DNA of 64,000 nucleotides from Octopus sinensis (lineage: Eukaryota), in assembly GCF_006345805.1 (NCBI RefSeq), contig NC_043008.1, forward strand, positions 24,242,001 through 24,306,000, read 5' to 3'. Shown piece after piece: positions 13,311 to 27,305 of this stretch. Position numbers and translations under genes: made by a program. Each line of letters starts with the position of its first letter. The stretch's first letter is position 1. Under the pieces are notes generated by a model. The model was not told where the DNA came from. It made no database searches and worked only from the letters and a program-made list of their open reading frames with translations.

Positions 13311-14424
13311 AATACTAGAATATAATTTGGGGTAGTTAAGTGTGCAGTACTATGAAGAGAGGCCAGAAGATAAAGTCTGATGACATAAATTACTACAAGA
13401 CAACATCACTCAACTGCTGTGGAGTAATGAGGGATACAATTACCGTTGTCACTGAAAGAGTTGGATACAACTAAAGAGAAGAAACAGTAAATAAAGAACC
13501 ATACTGGCATAGAAGAATTTATGAGAAACAAAGTTCCAAAGAAATTTGGGACAAATTGATATATTGAAAAGAAGGGAATCGCAAAACGAAAACAAAAGAA
13601 TGAGACTGGAAAGAGCATATAGAATAGGAAAAAAGGGTATGATGTAACAGAGGAAGAAGTGAAGCAAAGGGTAATAGCAATGAAGGCAAAACTCGAAAGA
13701 TATAACAATAGAACAAAACAATTCAGTCAGAACAGATTTTTCGAAGCCAACCAGAAAAAACTGTTTAACGAAGTAGATGAGCTAGTGTACATGACATTGG
13801 TGCCTGATGCAGACGAAAGCAGGGTATTCTGGGGAGGAGTCTGGGATCAACCTGTAAATCATAAATGATAAAGGTTAAGAAATATAGAACGTCAAATCAA
13901 CATAAAAATAAATACAGGAATGATAAAAAGACAGTTAAGGAAAATTCCAAATTGAAAGAGCCCAGGACCGGATGATATCCAAGGTTATTGAGTGAAGAAG
14001 CTGAGAGGGCTTCATGAAAGTATAGCAGAGCAACTGGATAAGTGCTGACAGGAAGGCCCAATACCCAGCTGGATGACAAAGAGAAAGACATTATGTGCCA
14101 AGGATCTTGTAAAGGGTAATACTGTACCTAACTTTCGACAAATAACTTGTCTTCCGCAAATGTGGAAAGTATTGTCAGGTGCTTTGGCCAGTGAACTGTA
14201 TGAATGCTTTGAGAAATATGGGTTGCTACCTGCTGAACAGAAAGGGTGCTGAAAGAGGAGCCGGGGAACGCAAGATCAGCTGTTAATTGATAAGCTAATC
14301 ATCAGAAACTGCAAGAGAAGGCACAAAAATCTGAGCATGGATTGATATCTTAAAGCATAAAATTTGGCACTACGCTCTTGGATAACAAGGATTATGGAGT
14401 AGGAGAAAACATGAGGTACCTTAT

Positions 14425-14832
14425 ACTCTTTTTACTCTCTCTTTTACTTGTTTCAGTCATTTGACTGCGGCCATGCTGGAGCACCGCCTTTAGTCGATCA
14501 AATCGACCCCAGGACTTATTCTTTGTAAGCCTAGTACTTATTCTATCGGTCACTTTTACCGAACCGCTAAGTTACGGGGACGTAAACACACCAGCATCGG
14601 TTGTCAAGCGATGTTGGTCGAACAAACACAACACACAAACATACACACACATATATATATACATATATACGACGGGCTTCTTTCAGTTTCCGTCTACCAA
14701 ATCCACTCACAAGGCTTTGGTCGGCCCGAGGTTATAGTAGAAGACACTTGCCCGAGGTGCCACGCAGTGGGACTGAACCCGGAACCATGTGGTTGGTAAG
14801 CAAGCTACTTATCACACAGCCACTCCTGCGCC
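14425..14832 (-). mobile_element. Full-length CORE-type SINE inserted in the R4/Dong RT
   Basis: Reverse complement of the 5927-6330 family; LINE coding sequence resumes on both sides. Confidence 0.9.
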
Positions 14833-16593
14833 TATATGGAACATTATGAAGTGTTGGAGAACAGAACTGACAGCAGGAAACAGGTATTAGGAAAAGTGAA
14901 AATTGGGAGAGGAATCTTCCAGGGAGAGAGAGTATACTCACTGATCTTTGTGCAAGGAATGGTTCCTTTGAGTGAAATACTGCAGAAGACAAAGTTGGGT
15001 TATGATCTGGGAGGTAGTAAAAGAAAGCTTAACCACCTGCTATTCATGGATGACTTGAAATTGTTAACAAAAAATGGGGGTGGAATGGATAGTCTAGTCC
15101 AGTCTGTGAAGATTTTCTCAAATGATATCAAGACGGAACTTGGACATGCAAAATGTGTTGTAATGGTGGAGAGACGAGAAAAGCTTGTCAGTACAGAAAG
15201 TATAAGTTTATCAAGTGGTGAAATGTGGACGGCAATTGAACCTGAATTCGGATATAAATACTTGAGAATACTTGAGTCGGATGTAATACAGTATAATGAT
15301 ATGAAAGAAAAGACAAAATAGAGTTTCTGCAGCGATTGAGAAAAATATTGGATTCAAAGTTCAATGCCAGAAGCATAATTTCATAAATAGATTCTCGCGC
15401 AGTCGCAGTGGTTCGGTATAGCGTTGGAATTCTGAAAAGGACAGAGGACGAGCTAAAAAACGTGGACAGGAAGACAAGAAAGCTCCCAACAATGCATGGA
15501 GCTCACCATCGCATCGACGTGCAGATACTGATCACATGTACATGAAGAGAGAAAATGGAAGAAAGGGACTGATATGTGTGGAAGTCTGTGTGCATATCGA
15601 ATATGGGAGCTTACTGAAATATCTACCTCAAAGTAAAGTCGTGTCAGTTAGGGATAAGGGCATACTGGAAGCAGAAAAAAGGGAACAAAAGACTTGTAGG
15701 ACATGAAAACGCACTAAGCAACAAGGAACGGCACGATCAATTCAATGTAGCCACAACTGAAGTTGCTGGAGAGCATAAGTTGAACTGGCTGAAGAAAGGA
15801 ACAATGCTAGTATTGTTCTCAGTTCCGCATGAATTGATTATAAAAAGTCCTTTGATAGCATACCGCATTCAAGGATCTTGAAGACGCTGGATATCTTCAA
15901 AATTTCTCCTGTGATTTCAAACTTCCTGAAGCACAATATGACAATGTGAATGACTCACCTTCACCTCTAATGTTTTGCATAGCACTAATACCTCTTAAAA
16001 GTGAACTTAACAGAACAAGGTATGAATACGAAATTGGCGACATGAAAATAAGTCATCTATTTTATATGGATAGCTTAAAACTCTATGGCAAAGACGATAT
16101 TGAGCTTGAAAGATTATTACTTACTGTGAAAGCATTAAGAGATGACAACGGGATGGAATTTGGTCTTCATAAATGTGCCAAGGCTGTTTCCAAAAAGGGA
16201 GATTGAAGACCTAATATTCAGTGGTGTTAGATGTTGACACAGTTATAAAAGAACTCGAGCAGGAACAAACAAATACCTCGGAATAAATGAGGGCTCTGGT
16301 ACTCAGCATCCAAACATGAAAGAGATCAAGAACGTTACAGGAGAATTCGAGCAGTCCTAAAATCTGAGTTAAACGCCCGTAACAAGGTGTTAGCCATAAA
16401 ACCACCACGATTGGACTGGCCAAATATCCTAAAACATCTAACGACTGGATGCTAAAACTAATAATAACAAATAGCACTTGTAGAAAACAGCACTGCGTGG
16501 AAGCGCTTGAAAAATAAGGGGTGTTATCTTAGTTCACTGGTAGTAAACAGCTGACACCGTAGTACATCTCCAGCGTTAGAAGCTGTGCAAAGG

Positions 16594-16640
16594 CAATAAT
16601 AATAATAATAATGATGAGGATGATGATGATGACGATGATG

Positions 16641-16680
<40 letters not shown>

Positions 16681-16783
16681 TGATGTTGATGATGATGATG
16701 ATGATGACGACGATGATGATGATGATGGTGATGATGATGATGATGATGATAATAATAATAATAATAATGATAATAATAATAAT
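16594..16783. repeat. Compound (AAT)n/(GAT)n microsatellite
   Basis: Read directly from the sequence. Confidence 0.98.
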
Positions 16784-17129
16784 TATTTTTAACATTGCCT
16801 CACGGCCGTAATTTGAGTGGAAAACCAAGGAGATTATGTCACTCTTAGTCTTCAATTATTATTTTTTTAAATCTCCGAAAGGGCAAAATGTAGAAGTTTA
16901 TAATAATTATCATTATCGCTTTTTGACTTAGAATGGGTGTTATTCTTGGTAGGATTTTATAATTTCAATAATCCATCAAATGCTCAAAACACTTCAGTTG
17001 CTTTCACCTGATCCCAACAAGCAAATCCTCTGCAGACTGTCCTTTATGCAATTGCCTTTCTTGATTCTCTAACTCATGAATAATCACAGGTACAAGCTCT
17101 ATAGATTCCAGAAAATAATGTTTTACCTT

Positions 17130-17542
17130 TTAATTTGTTTAAGTCATTAGACTGCGACCGTGCTGGGTGCACCGTCTTGAATTTTTAGTTGAACGAATAA
17201 ACCCTAGTATTTACACTTTTTGAAGCCTGGCACTTATTATATTGGTTGTTTTTGCCGAACCGCTAAGTAACAGGGGCGTAAATACGCCAACATCGGTTGT
17301 CAAGCTGTAGTGAGGGACACGCACATACACTTATGTGAAACTGAAAGAAGCCCGCGTGCCTGTGTAGTAAGATGTTTGCTTCCCAACAATAAGGTCCCGG
17401 ATTCAAGGCACTTTGGGCATGTGTCTTGTATTATAGCCTCGGGCTGACCAAAGCCTTGTGAGTGGATTTGGTAGATGGCAACTGAAAGAAATCTGTCGTT
17501 TATATATATTTGTGTGTGTATGTGTGTGTGTGCGTATGTGTA

Positions 17543-17573
<31 letters not shown>

Positions 17574-17630
17574 TTCTTTGCGTTCGTAGTTGACCGCCCC
17601 CCCCACAACCGCTTGATAACTGTAACAGAG
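17130..17630. mobile_element. Two CORE-type SINE fragments in opposite orientation
   Basis: A 3' half on the minus strand (17130-17310) and a 5' half on the plus strand (17355-17630). Confidence 0.75.
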
Positions 17631-20600
17631 TACTTAAGTTTTTATCATCAAGCTTTTTTTTAAAAGTCCATCATCCAGTCAGTTATCAAGGTATGTTTCA
17701 AGACTGATGGTGGTTGTTTTAAATGACCTCAGTCACTTTGATCCCCAGGAAGATATAAACATTTAATGTCAGTATTAAGATGATGGACATTTTGTGATGT
17801 GGGATGTTTTCTGGTTTTTACATACATCCGTTTGCTGTCTTGGAGAGTCCAACTAATTGGACAAAAGAGAGGAATATTAATAACGATTTCTAATTTAGGC
17901 GCATTACCAGCAATTTTGACGAGAGAGGCTAATTGATACCACCGCGTCTAGTTTGCGGTAGGGTTGTCTATGCAACTCACATAATTAACTTCGAAACACA
18001 CACGTGTATAATTAACTTCGAAAGGTTGAACAATAAATTTCTCCACCTTCGGTTGATTGAAACTTTATGGATGTAACAAAATACCCCAGTTTAGCCATTC
18101 TGTAATTAGAAGAAAATGACGGGAAAGGAGTATTTAAGAAGTAGGATGATTATGAATACAAGAAATATCAAAATAAAAGAATAAATATAAGTTGATGTTG
18201 CTGAATACAGAAGGTATTCCATTGAAGTATAATCCATCTTCACGAAGTTGTTGTGATTGGTGGTAGTGGTGTGGAGCGCTGGAAATTTATTTGAGGTTGG
18301 GATGTGATATAAGCATTGAATGGCTGATTCTTGTTTGAAAACAGTCAACCTATTTTCATCTGAAAATAGAATATCATACATATTAATAGACATGTCTCAT
18401 ATGTCAACGTCAATAGAAAATATCAAAGCATTAAGAAATTACGTTCGTTGTGAAGCACACGTTTCTTTGTATACTTTTAGTGAATAGATATGTACTACCA
18501 AGTAGTATTTATTTTCCATTTGCTAGTTCTATACGCTAGATCTTAATCTTTCATATACACAATCATACACAAGTACACAATCATACATATTTGTACACGT
18601 AACTCACACACATGCATACATACAAAGCACTTATTTACACACGTCATACACACACACACAGCCACACGTGATTGATTTTCGATATAGACTTCTGTAAGTT
18701 GATGTTTGTAAGAAAAATATAATTGGGGTGGGGGTGGGAAGGAGTTAAGGTGCTGAAGTATTAAGCTGAAAGGGTTCAGTAAAGTGTTTAGTGCAATGTT
18801 TTTTGGGTGAGACAACCACAATTAGGATTGGCGAATAAAAGTATTGAAGTTGCATTAAGTGGTGCCCAACTTATTATTTCACGACAATCAAGTGACAGAG
18901 AAAATACACATCTAACTCTAGGATTCTGAGAGTACCACATCTGTAGTGCTGCAGAAGGATACTAACTAATAGTTTCCTAATTATACGTCGCCACCCTTCT
19001 ACAGGTCTCTGTACTATTTTTTATTTGACCTTATTAAACACATGCAATTAACACTTTTTTTTTTACTTAGTCATTGGTATAACATCAGAAGTTCATTAGC
19101 GAGCTTGTAAAATGTTTATAGCTACAAAAATTTTGTAAAATGTTTATACTTAGCGCAGCAGCTTCAGAAGAGTAAGTAAAATATACAAGTTTTACTCAGG
19201 AATAGGAAGCAATCAGGAATATATAATATATGGTGCCTGGCTTAATACAGGTATATTGTAGTGAAGTAAAAACAAGATTCTGCTACAATTCTGAAGAGCA
19301 TTAGCAATGAAGTCACTTGATAGCGTTAGATTTAAATGTAAATTAGGTGAAACAATGAAGACCTTTTATTAATTTTCGCCAAACTATATAAGAATCATTT
19401 ATTTCAAATTTCTTTGGATCTTCTAGAAAGGTTAATTGTTAACTGTTTGTAAGCCATTTTTGTATTGATGGCGAAATGATTCTGAAAGTTGTGTATATGT
19501 TCATTAGTATAAACAACCCAAATTATGTATAATTTTGAACAAGAGATTTCCAAACGTTTGGGGATCAGGATTACATTACCGAACGTTTTCCTCAACGATT
19601 GCATAACAGTTATTGAATGATCGCGTAACAGTTATTTTGTGGCATTACAAGGTCCAAAATAAAGCTTAGAGCTGAGGAAATAAATTAACTGGGATTAATC
19701 TGATATTGTAGATTTGTGACATATAGTGAACCATTCTGCCAGTCATCCAGTCTCTGTTCCAGCACATTTTTGGGCATCACATATTTACATGGTCCCTTCC
19801 TAAATCCTGTTTCAGAAAGAGAGCAACATATTCTAATAGACAGGTGAAGAGTGAATTCTATTCCAAACCATTTTCCAAGGAATTTTCGTACAGTCTCCAT
19901 ACGGTTTGAATGAATGAAGTAGAATGTGACACCTATAAAAGAATTAAGATGAAACTGATTCTCTAACGCTTCCTCCTTGACCTTTAGCTGGTTGTGTATA
20001 ATTTAGTTTATAGAAAGATTACTTTGGAACTGAGTAAATTGAATTAATTCCTATTAAAGTAAAGAGTATAGGTTATGAGCCAAAAATTATAGCAAGAAAT
20101 GCAGAAACATCTTCTTCATATAATCATAACTCGATAAAATTGTTTCATACGTGAGCTACATTAGTCTAGGGGAAGAGAAACTCAATTTCAAGTACACCAC
20201 TCAGAATTGCAATAAATTCATTTGCTTTTTTACAGCTTATAGTCGTCTCTGAGATGCTGGCTTGGTTGGCAAATATTTTCATTAGTAAACTAAGCAATTC
20301 AAAATGCCAAAATGAGGCCTATTCAAAAGCTAATACAAAATATATAATCTTCTTAGAGTGGGGGCTTTAGTATATATCGTTTTCTTTTCTTTTTTGCTTA
20401 GGCGTTTTGAAGTTGTAACAAGAAAGAATCTATCCATTTGGCTTTGAGAAACTGCGACTACAATGGTTTTTCTATTGATGTAGATGTCTCTGAATATTCT
20501 TTCTTTCCTGCATAATATAGTGAATATTGGTCTTTCACCATCCATAACTTAGTCAAAAGAACACATTTTTGGTGTTATTCTGTCAATTAATCGCCATATC

Positions 20601-22282
20601 TGCTTTCGTGTTGATTTTGATATTAGTTTTCATGAGGTAAACTTTTATTGTGGGCTAAGTTTCTTGATAACTTTCCATTTGGCGTTGAATGTACAATGTA
20701 ACATTAGACTGTTTTGTACGAAAAGTAATAATGTAAAATATACAAAGTAATAACAATATATGTGGTATAACAGTAGGTCATTAGATGTGCAAGTTAGTAT
20801 TGTATTGAGAGCCATTACATAAAAGTAAACTTTCACAAGAACTGAGTTCGCAAAAGAGTTTCTAATCCGAGTCGTTGCTTATTTCTTTAATTACACTACT
20901 GCTTTCATAGGAAATGGCATGGAAGTACACTTTTCTATAATTATAATCTAAGTGTTTGTACCAATAGGGATTTTGCTACTATAAATACTACTATATCATG
21001 GTTAGAAATTGTATGTAATCAAACCCTGTCAAGGTTTTGATGGAATGAATTTCATATTATTCTTCAGACTGCCTCAACCACATGAGATGATCATTATTTC
21101 CTTCAACCCATTTCTACTAAAATACTTAGTTATGTATTTGCACATACCCGCCAATGAATGTGCACGCGGGAGCATTTTATGATGTCCATATTAGATATGC
21201 GATGGGGAACTGAGGCTGTAAAACATCATACTTATGGTCGTTTGTGCTGAAATGAAAGACATATTGATATAGCTTGAACAATATTGTATGAATATGAACG
21301 CGATTTTTCGAGTGATCTAGATAACCTGGGACAAATTATGTATATTTTTACTATTCCACTTGTATATAATGTTTGAAAAGTGTGCCTATCTGGTTCTACC
21401 TCTTACTAAGATCATCAAGTTTTGATGGTTTCTACATAGAAATACTATTTCCAAACATTATTTACTATCGCTACACCAATTATTATAGGCATGAGTTTAA
21501 ATTTATAATTTGGCTGGTTAAGCTGTAAACTTCAAAGAAGTCTATAATTATTTTTTGCCTTACAAATTGATTTAGAAAGAAATGCTCAAATTTACCGTCC
21601 GTAACTATATATATATTTTCTTTCCTGTCACAAACAACTATGTTCTTGAAATACTTGTATGTATTCAGTGACTGAATATTTTACATGTGTGTCTTAGCGC
21701 ATCTTTTTGTTGTTAGCATCAATACTCATGTTTACAGAAAATATGTGAGTAAACCATGTTTTCCGTACACAGAATGTTTCATCACTGGGTTTTTTTCCTG
21801 GGGTACAGTAGTCTAGAAGTTCTAATATCAGTGCTTTCTGAGGAGTTACTGACTACTTCTTGAAGAGTTCACATGAACACAATTTAGTCTTATGTATTCT
21901 TTAAGTACATAGTACTAGTTGATATTTTTTCCGATTGATCTTATTCCTCCCGCCTCCTCTTTTGGCCTGATATACGGCCTGATAACATCAATATTTCTCT
22001 GGAACTTTCCATTGATGTTTGTATGTATGCGTGATTGTATGCACGCATATATGTACGATTGTACGTATACATATGGATGTGAGTGTGGTAGTATATATTA
22101 TATATGCATGATATATGTATATTTTACTTCCTTTGCAGAATTCAAACCCATCACTAACAAAGAGACAGAACCGTTTTCTTCCCATTTACCACAATTCTAG
22201 GTATTTTTGAATATATGAGTGAATTAACATATGTATATATGTGGATGTATGTGTGTATGAGAGAGAGAGGGAGAGAGAGAGA

Positions 22283-22332
<50 letters not shown>

Positions 22333-22399
22333 GATGCGTAAATATTTTCAACCCTGTGTCATGTAATTCACGCATACGTAATTGTGTGTTTATATTAAT

Positions 22400-24100
22400 T
22401 CCAGAAAATTAAAATAGTGAAGCATTTGTATATTTTACCAACCCTACCATGTCATTAAGTATAGGATTTTGAGCAAGTGAGCCATTTGCTTCGTTCCTGA
22501 TTGGAAAATCGTAGAACAATGTTGGCTTTAGAAATAATTTTCTGTGACAGGCAGAAAGTAGTGTTAAGGACATTTTTGGCCGTAGCTGATGTGATATATT
22601 CTTCACTGATGAGGCACACTCGATATTTTCTTTCACAACATTGAGTTACAGAGGTATCTTTATTACTCAGGTATTTAGTAACTGTCTCAAGTTCCTCAAT
22701 AGTGAAGCATATCCTTCAGAATGGGATGTGATCAATCACACAGAGATTAAGGGGAGGCTCTGACAATGGCCTTAGTACTCTCTAGCTTGCAAGATATGTA
22801 CCTATACATAACTGTCGACGATGACGAGTCTTTCTCCTCCACATTTTGCCTTTTAACTCGGTAACCCTATCTAAGTCAATGTTTGTCACTTGAAACAGCA
22901 TTATACTCTGAGTAATTATATTGCATTTTTTCCTGTTAGTCTCAGATTATTATACTTTTACTGTTATGTATACATGCCATATTCTCATTTCTTCTTTTTC
23001 TTTAGGAGGTTTTGTCGGTGTAACACTCTAGCACCGTTTTGAGTGACCTTATGCCCCAGCTTCCATCCTACTGTTTAATATAGGTCTTGTCACTGTTGGT
23101 TTGCATATTCCCAGTGGGGAACAGTACAACTCATGCTTTCCAAAGTGCGATCATCTACATGTCTCTAGTTTACTACCCCAACTAGGATGGCAATTTGAAA
23201 GCGATATGATGTTATACGATATGACGTTATTGAATGTAGATATTTCTAACTTCCATATTCTCCACATTCTTCTAAAGTATTCTATTGTCACTCTAACTTA
23301 TGCAATATCCTCATCAATTCTGAGATAATTGCAGAATTCATCATTGTAGTAGATAGCTGAGACAGACGCGTCATTGATATACACATTCTTCGTCTAGAGT
23401 GACGAGAAAATATCATCGCTTATACTGACCAAATGCCTTTTTTATGTTCCATGAGAGTGTTGACTCTAGTTTTAAGAGTCTCTTGGTGTAGTGAATATTA
23501 CCTTTCTATAATCTAATATATGTTTGGCTTTATAGCAGTTATTTAAGTAGTTATTGCCAGCAAGGTTGATCATGCGTACTTTGATCTTTTTTAATGAGCT
23601 CAACCATAAAAGAATTGTGGAAAGGCTCTAATATCAATGGGTGATATATAATATCAAATATATCAAATCTTTGAACTGCCTAGCTGGTTTCGAACAAAGA
23701 TACAAAGCTCCATCTTTGGATTGTAGATAACAAAAACAAGAACACATTTTGAACATGAGAAAGGTTTTTTTATATTTGTATTGTTCTGCTTGCAGACTGT
23801 ATTTGCAATGCGCGAGTTAGCTGGTTGATTTTGAAGTGATATTCACGTCAGCAGGGAGGCTGACCTCTATGACAGTACACAATTTTACTTGTCTGTAAAA
23901 AGTAATACTATCCAGCCGGTTATTAATGCACTTAAGTTTTAGTGAGAATGTTTCACCAGTATTCCTTGAGTTAATGTTTATGTATGTTTTCAATAACAGG
24001 AGGTGGGGTTCTCTATATTTATTTACGGGTAGTGATATTTACCGATGGTTTTGTATATTACTTAAGCGACAATTTCACGTCACATAGGGAGCTAGTAAAT
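22400..24100 (-). mobile_element. Ancient RTE/RTE-X-like LINE remnant
   Basis: The minus strand gives FTIEELETVTKYLSNK and SLTLLSACHRK (cf. GITLLS..K). Heavily decayed. Confidence 0.35.
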
Positions 24101-24296
24101 TTATGACATCTTTGGGCAGCTGCTGATTACATGTGTGATATATTCTATAGATCGACACTTTCAGTTGCATCTTGTTATTTTGTAACTCTCTCCTGTTTTA
24201 AAATTGCAAAAGCTTATCATTCGAAGTGCGATTTGATGTCGTGGTCACAAGTCCAAAAGCGGCTGCAGGTTATGTCAATATTATTGTCATCTTTAA

Positions 24297-24495
24297 GGCG
24301 ACAAGCTGGCAGACTCGTTAGTACGCTGGGATTTCGTCTCTCTTTACGTTCTGAGTTCAAATTCTGCTGAGGTCGACTTTGTCTTTCATTCTCTCGGGGT
24401 CGATAAAATAAGTACCAGCTGAGCACTGGGGTAGATGTAATCGGCTTACTTCCTTCCTCGAAATTGCTGGCATTGTGCTAAAACTTGAAACCAGT
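24297..24495 (+). mobile_element. SINE, same family as 13078-13310
   Basis: GGCGACAAGCTGGCAGA ... GAGTTCAAATTC ... GGGGTCGATAAAATAAGTACCAG. Confidence 0.8.
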
Positions 24496-25461
24496 ATTAC
24501 TGTCACCTTTGGAAAGCCTACACGGGCATATTTATTTGATATACTGTGATTCACATGGAGGTCTACCGACTCGTAGGATATTGTTCTCTTCGTTTATCAG
24601 GAAAGTATATGTATTTATTTTTACTGCTGTTGTTTAGCAGGTGCCCTCTGAGAGATACTATAGAACATCCGAAAGCTATCTGCACTGACCATATTTTCTT
24701 AGGTAGAGCCTGTTCTGTGGAGAACTGGCTGTTCTTTTTAGAGGACGAACGATCCTCGTCCAACATCTTGTTTTTGTTTGCTTAACGAAACCCAATTGAG
24801 CTTCTAAGGGCTAGAGATGGAGAAAACTAACCAGCTCCCTAAAGTTCTGATTAGTTTATCTATACGACGATTACAAGTTTTCAATACATAACTGTCGCAA
24901 TCACTATTTCTTTGGAAGTTTCCAGTTTATGTCTTGCGGAATTTAATGACTATAAGGTGGATTTCTTCTGCAGAACAGTCAAGCATCCTAAATGTTGATA
25001 TCAGCCCTGGTACTACAAATGCATTCTGGAATACTGTCTTGTGGTTAGAAGAGAGTTACGACTGCTATATTTTTCAAAGTCTGGTGTCATGTTCTTTGGT
25101 CACTCTATCGTTACCCTCAGTACCTCCGTATGATATGTTTTCACCAACCCTTTCTTGTGTAGAACAAGAAAAGTAGAGAGACTCTTAATGCAAGAAGTTT
25201 GTGGATGGATAGATGCATAGCTAGTTACATGGATAGATGAATAGGTGGCTAGATGGATGCAAGTATATTTGAATCCTAGAAAACCAAATTAACTATCCAC
25301 TTTACCGCTGAGTAAGTATAAAGTAGTACAGCAGTTGTACTGAATATCTTAAATTGAATAATATAATAATTACATTAGTAATAAAGCTTCTGCTGCTATG
25401 CCACTGCTGTTGCCCCTAGGACTCTTACTACTATTTTATATGTATCTTTGTACATTGGCAT

Positions 25462-25533
<72 letters not shown>

Positions 25534-25559
25534 ATATGTATGTATGTATGTATATATAT

Positions 25560-25710
25560 TCTTTAACTTGTTTCAGTCATTTGACAGCGGTCGTGCTGGA
25601 GCACCACCTTTAGTCGAACAAATCGACACTAGGACTTATTTTTTGCTCTTTTCCGAACCACTAAGTTATGGGGACATAAACACATCAGCATCAGTTGTCA
25701 AGCAATGGTG
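25560..25710 (-). mobile_element. CORE-type SINE 3' fragment
   Basis: CTTGTTTCAGTCATTTGAC..GCTGGAGCACC. Confidence 0.8.
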
Positions 25711-25730
25711 AATAGATAAATAAATGAATA

Positions 25731-26600
25731 GAGTTAACTGCAGGTGTTATTCAAATCTTAATACTTCCGACATGTTTCAAAGAAAACATTGGCATTATTC
25801 CAGAAGTAATAAAATGATGTAAACCAATGAAATCTTCTCTTCAGGAAAAAAGGGAAACAAAACGCATCAATAAGACATTTTAACCGAATGTGATTACTGC
25901 ATATGTGATGAAGGGAACGCTGGTAAGTTATTAAAAAAAAACCGTTAATAGATATAACGTCAAAGGCAATTTATAGAAAGGATGGGGGAGGAAGAAATTA
26001 GCAGAAAACTAGATGTAGAGAAATATAGTGCGATAGATAAATAGGGATAAAGATTAAAGGTGTGCAAATAGATATATTTAGTGGAAATGAATTGTAAGAA
26101 GATAGTTAAAGGTCGAATTTTATAGACTGGTAGAAATTACTTATAGGAGCTAAAGCTATGTTTTTGCCAATGTTTGCAACAATAAACGCGTTCTTTAAAC
26201 GTGTTTACAAAAGAATTCTTTGGGAATAGGATGAAATACAGTTCCTCGTTACAGAGCGAACAAAAAGATATTCCTTTATCATGAGGAAAGGACCTAGATA
26301 AAATATTCCATTCCAAATCAAATTGTTTATTATGTTTCTTTAGAGACTGAATTAATTTACTAAGCCCAGTATTGTTGCGTTTATTGATATGTCTAAATGT
26401 AGAGTAATGATTAGATAGTATTTTGGACAACTGAGATGAAAAACGACCTATATAAAAAAAGACGTTTTGTTTATTTATCTTTCCCTGATGAGAAGATTGC
26501 ATTGTTTTACATCATTGTATTCCTTCTGGAATAAAACCAATGTTTCCTTCCAAACATATGTTGGCAGTATAATGATTTGAATAACACTTGCGTTTAACTC
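25731..26600 (-). mobile_element. 5'-truncated Penelope-like element: GIY-YIG tail flanked by inverted pseudo-LTR segments
   Basis: ORF 26137-26502 contains FYIG, NH..TF, TGLSK, WNIL, CSLCNEE and CKH. 25731-25848 is the inverted copy of 26481-26600. Confidence 0.8.
25765..25848 (-). ncRNA. Type I hammerhead motif with long stem II
   Basis: Minus strand: TTTC-CTGAAGA-GAAGA...TCTTT-GAAA-CATG-TC-GGAA. Confidence 0.7.
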
Positions 26601-26603
26601 CTT

Positions 26604-26656
<53 letters not shown>

Positions 26657-26689
26657 ATCTATCTATCTATCTACTATCTATCTATCTAT

Positions 26690-27101
26690 GTTCGTCCTTC
26701 GGGTTCGAAGATGACCATTGACATCATTTGGTGGAATTACTGCTGAGACCGGAGGTGGCTGGTGAGGCCAATCCGGGCAAGAAAGCCCCTCCCACAGGTG
26801 GGGCAGAAGTGGGTAGGGGCTGTGCTATTGGTGCAGGTGGCTCTGGCTTTCCGCATCTGGCGTTTCTGTTCTGCTGACTGAATCCGTCTCTCCTCGGCTG
26901 TCTTTGCTCCTGTGGTGATTGCGCTGCGCCAGGATGAGCGGTCGGCAGCAAGTGTCTCCCAAGTCTCTGTGCCGATGGAGAAGTCTTTGAGAGAGAGACT
27001 TCGAGACTGTCCTTGAAGCGCTTCTTCTGCCCTCCGACTTTGCGTTTGCCCTGGCTGAGTTCACCGTAGAAGAGCTGTTTTGAGATGCGGGTGTCGGACA
27101 T
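26690..27101 (-). mobile_element. RTE-clade LINE 3' end
   Basis: MSDTRISKQLFYGELSQGKRKVGGQKKRFKDSL, then (frameshifted) the terminal zinc finger CPTCGRGFLARIGLTSHLR; abuts (ATCT)n. Confidence 0.88.
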
Positions 27102-27105
27102 GCAC

Positions 27106-27136
<31 letters not shown>

Positions 27137-27139
27137 CAT

Positions 27140-27305
27140 ACGACGTGGCTTCTTTCAGTTTTCCGTCTACCAAATCCACTCACAAGGCTTTGGTCGGCCC
27201 GAGGCTATAGAATAAGATACTAGCCCAGGATGCCACGCAGCGGGACTGAACCAGAACCATGTGCTTGGGAAGCAAGTTTCTTACGACACAGCCACGCCTA
27301 CACCT
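27140..27305 (-). mobile_element. CORE-type SINE 5' half
   Basis: Near-identical to 14670-14832. Confidence 0.85.

Larger units (their letters stand above)
12778..16593 (+). mobile_element. Stack of at least three decayed R4/Dong-clade LINE fragments interrupted by SINEs
   Basis: RRGIFKGDSLSPLFF (12793-12975); KAKLERY..QNRFFEANQKKLF, NFRQITCL, EQKGC and DQLLIDK (13430-14420); GIFQG, NHLLFMDDLKL and YKYL (14836-15800); HLFYMDSLKLY and GMEFGLHKCAK (15946-16206). The stack ends at an (AAT/GAT)n tract. Confidence 0.85.
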
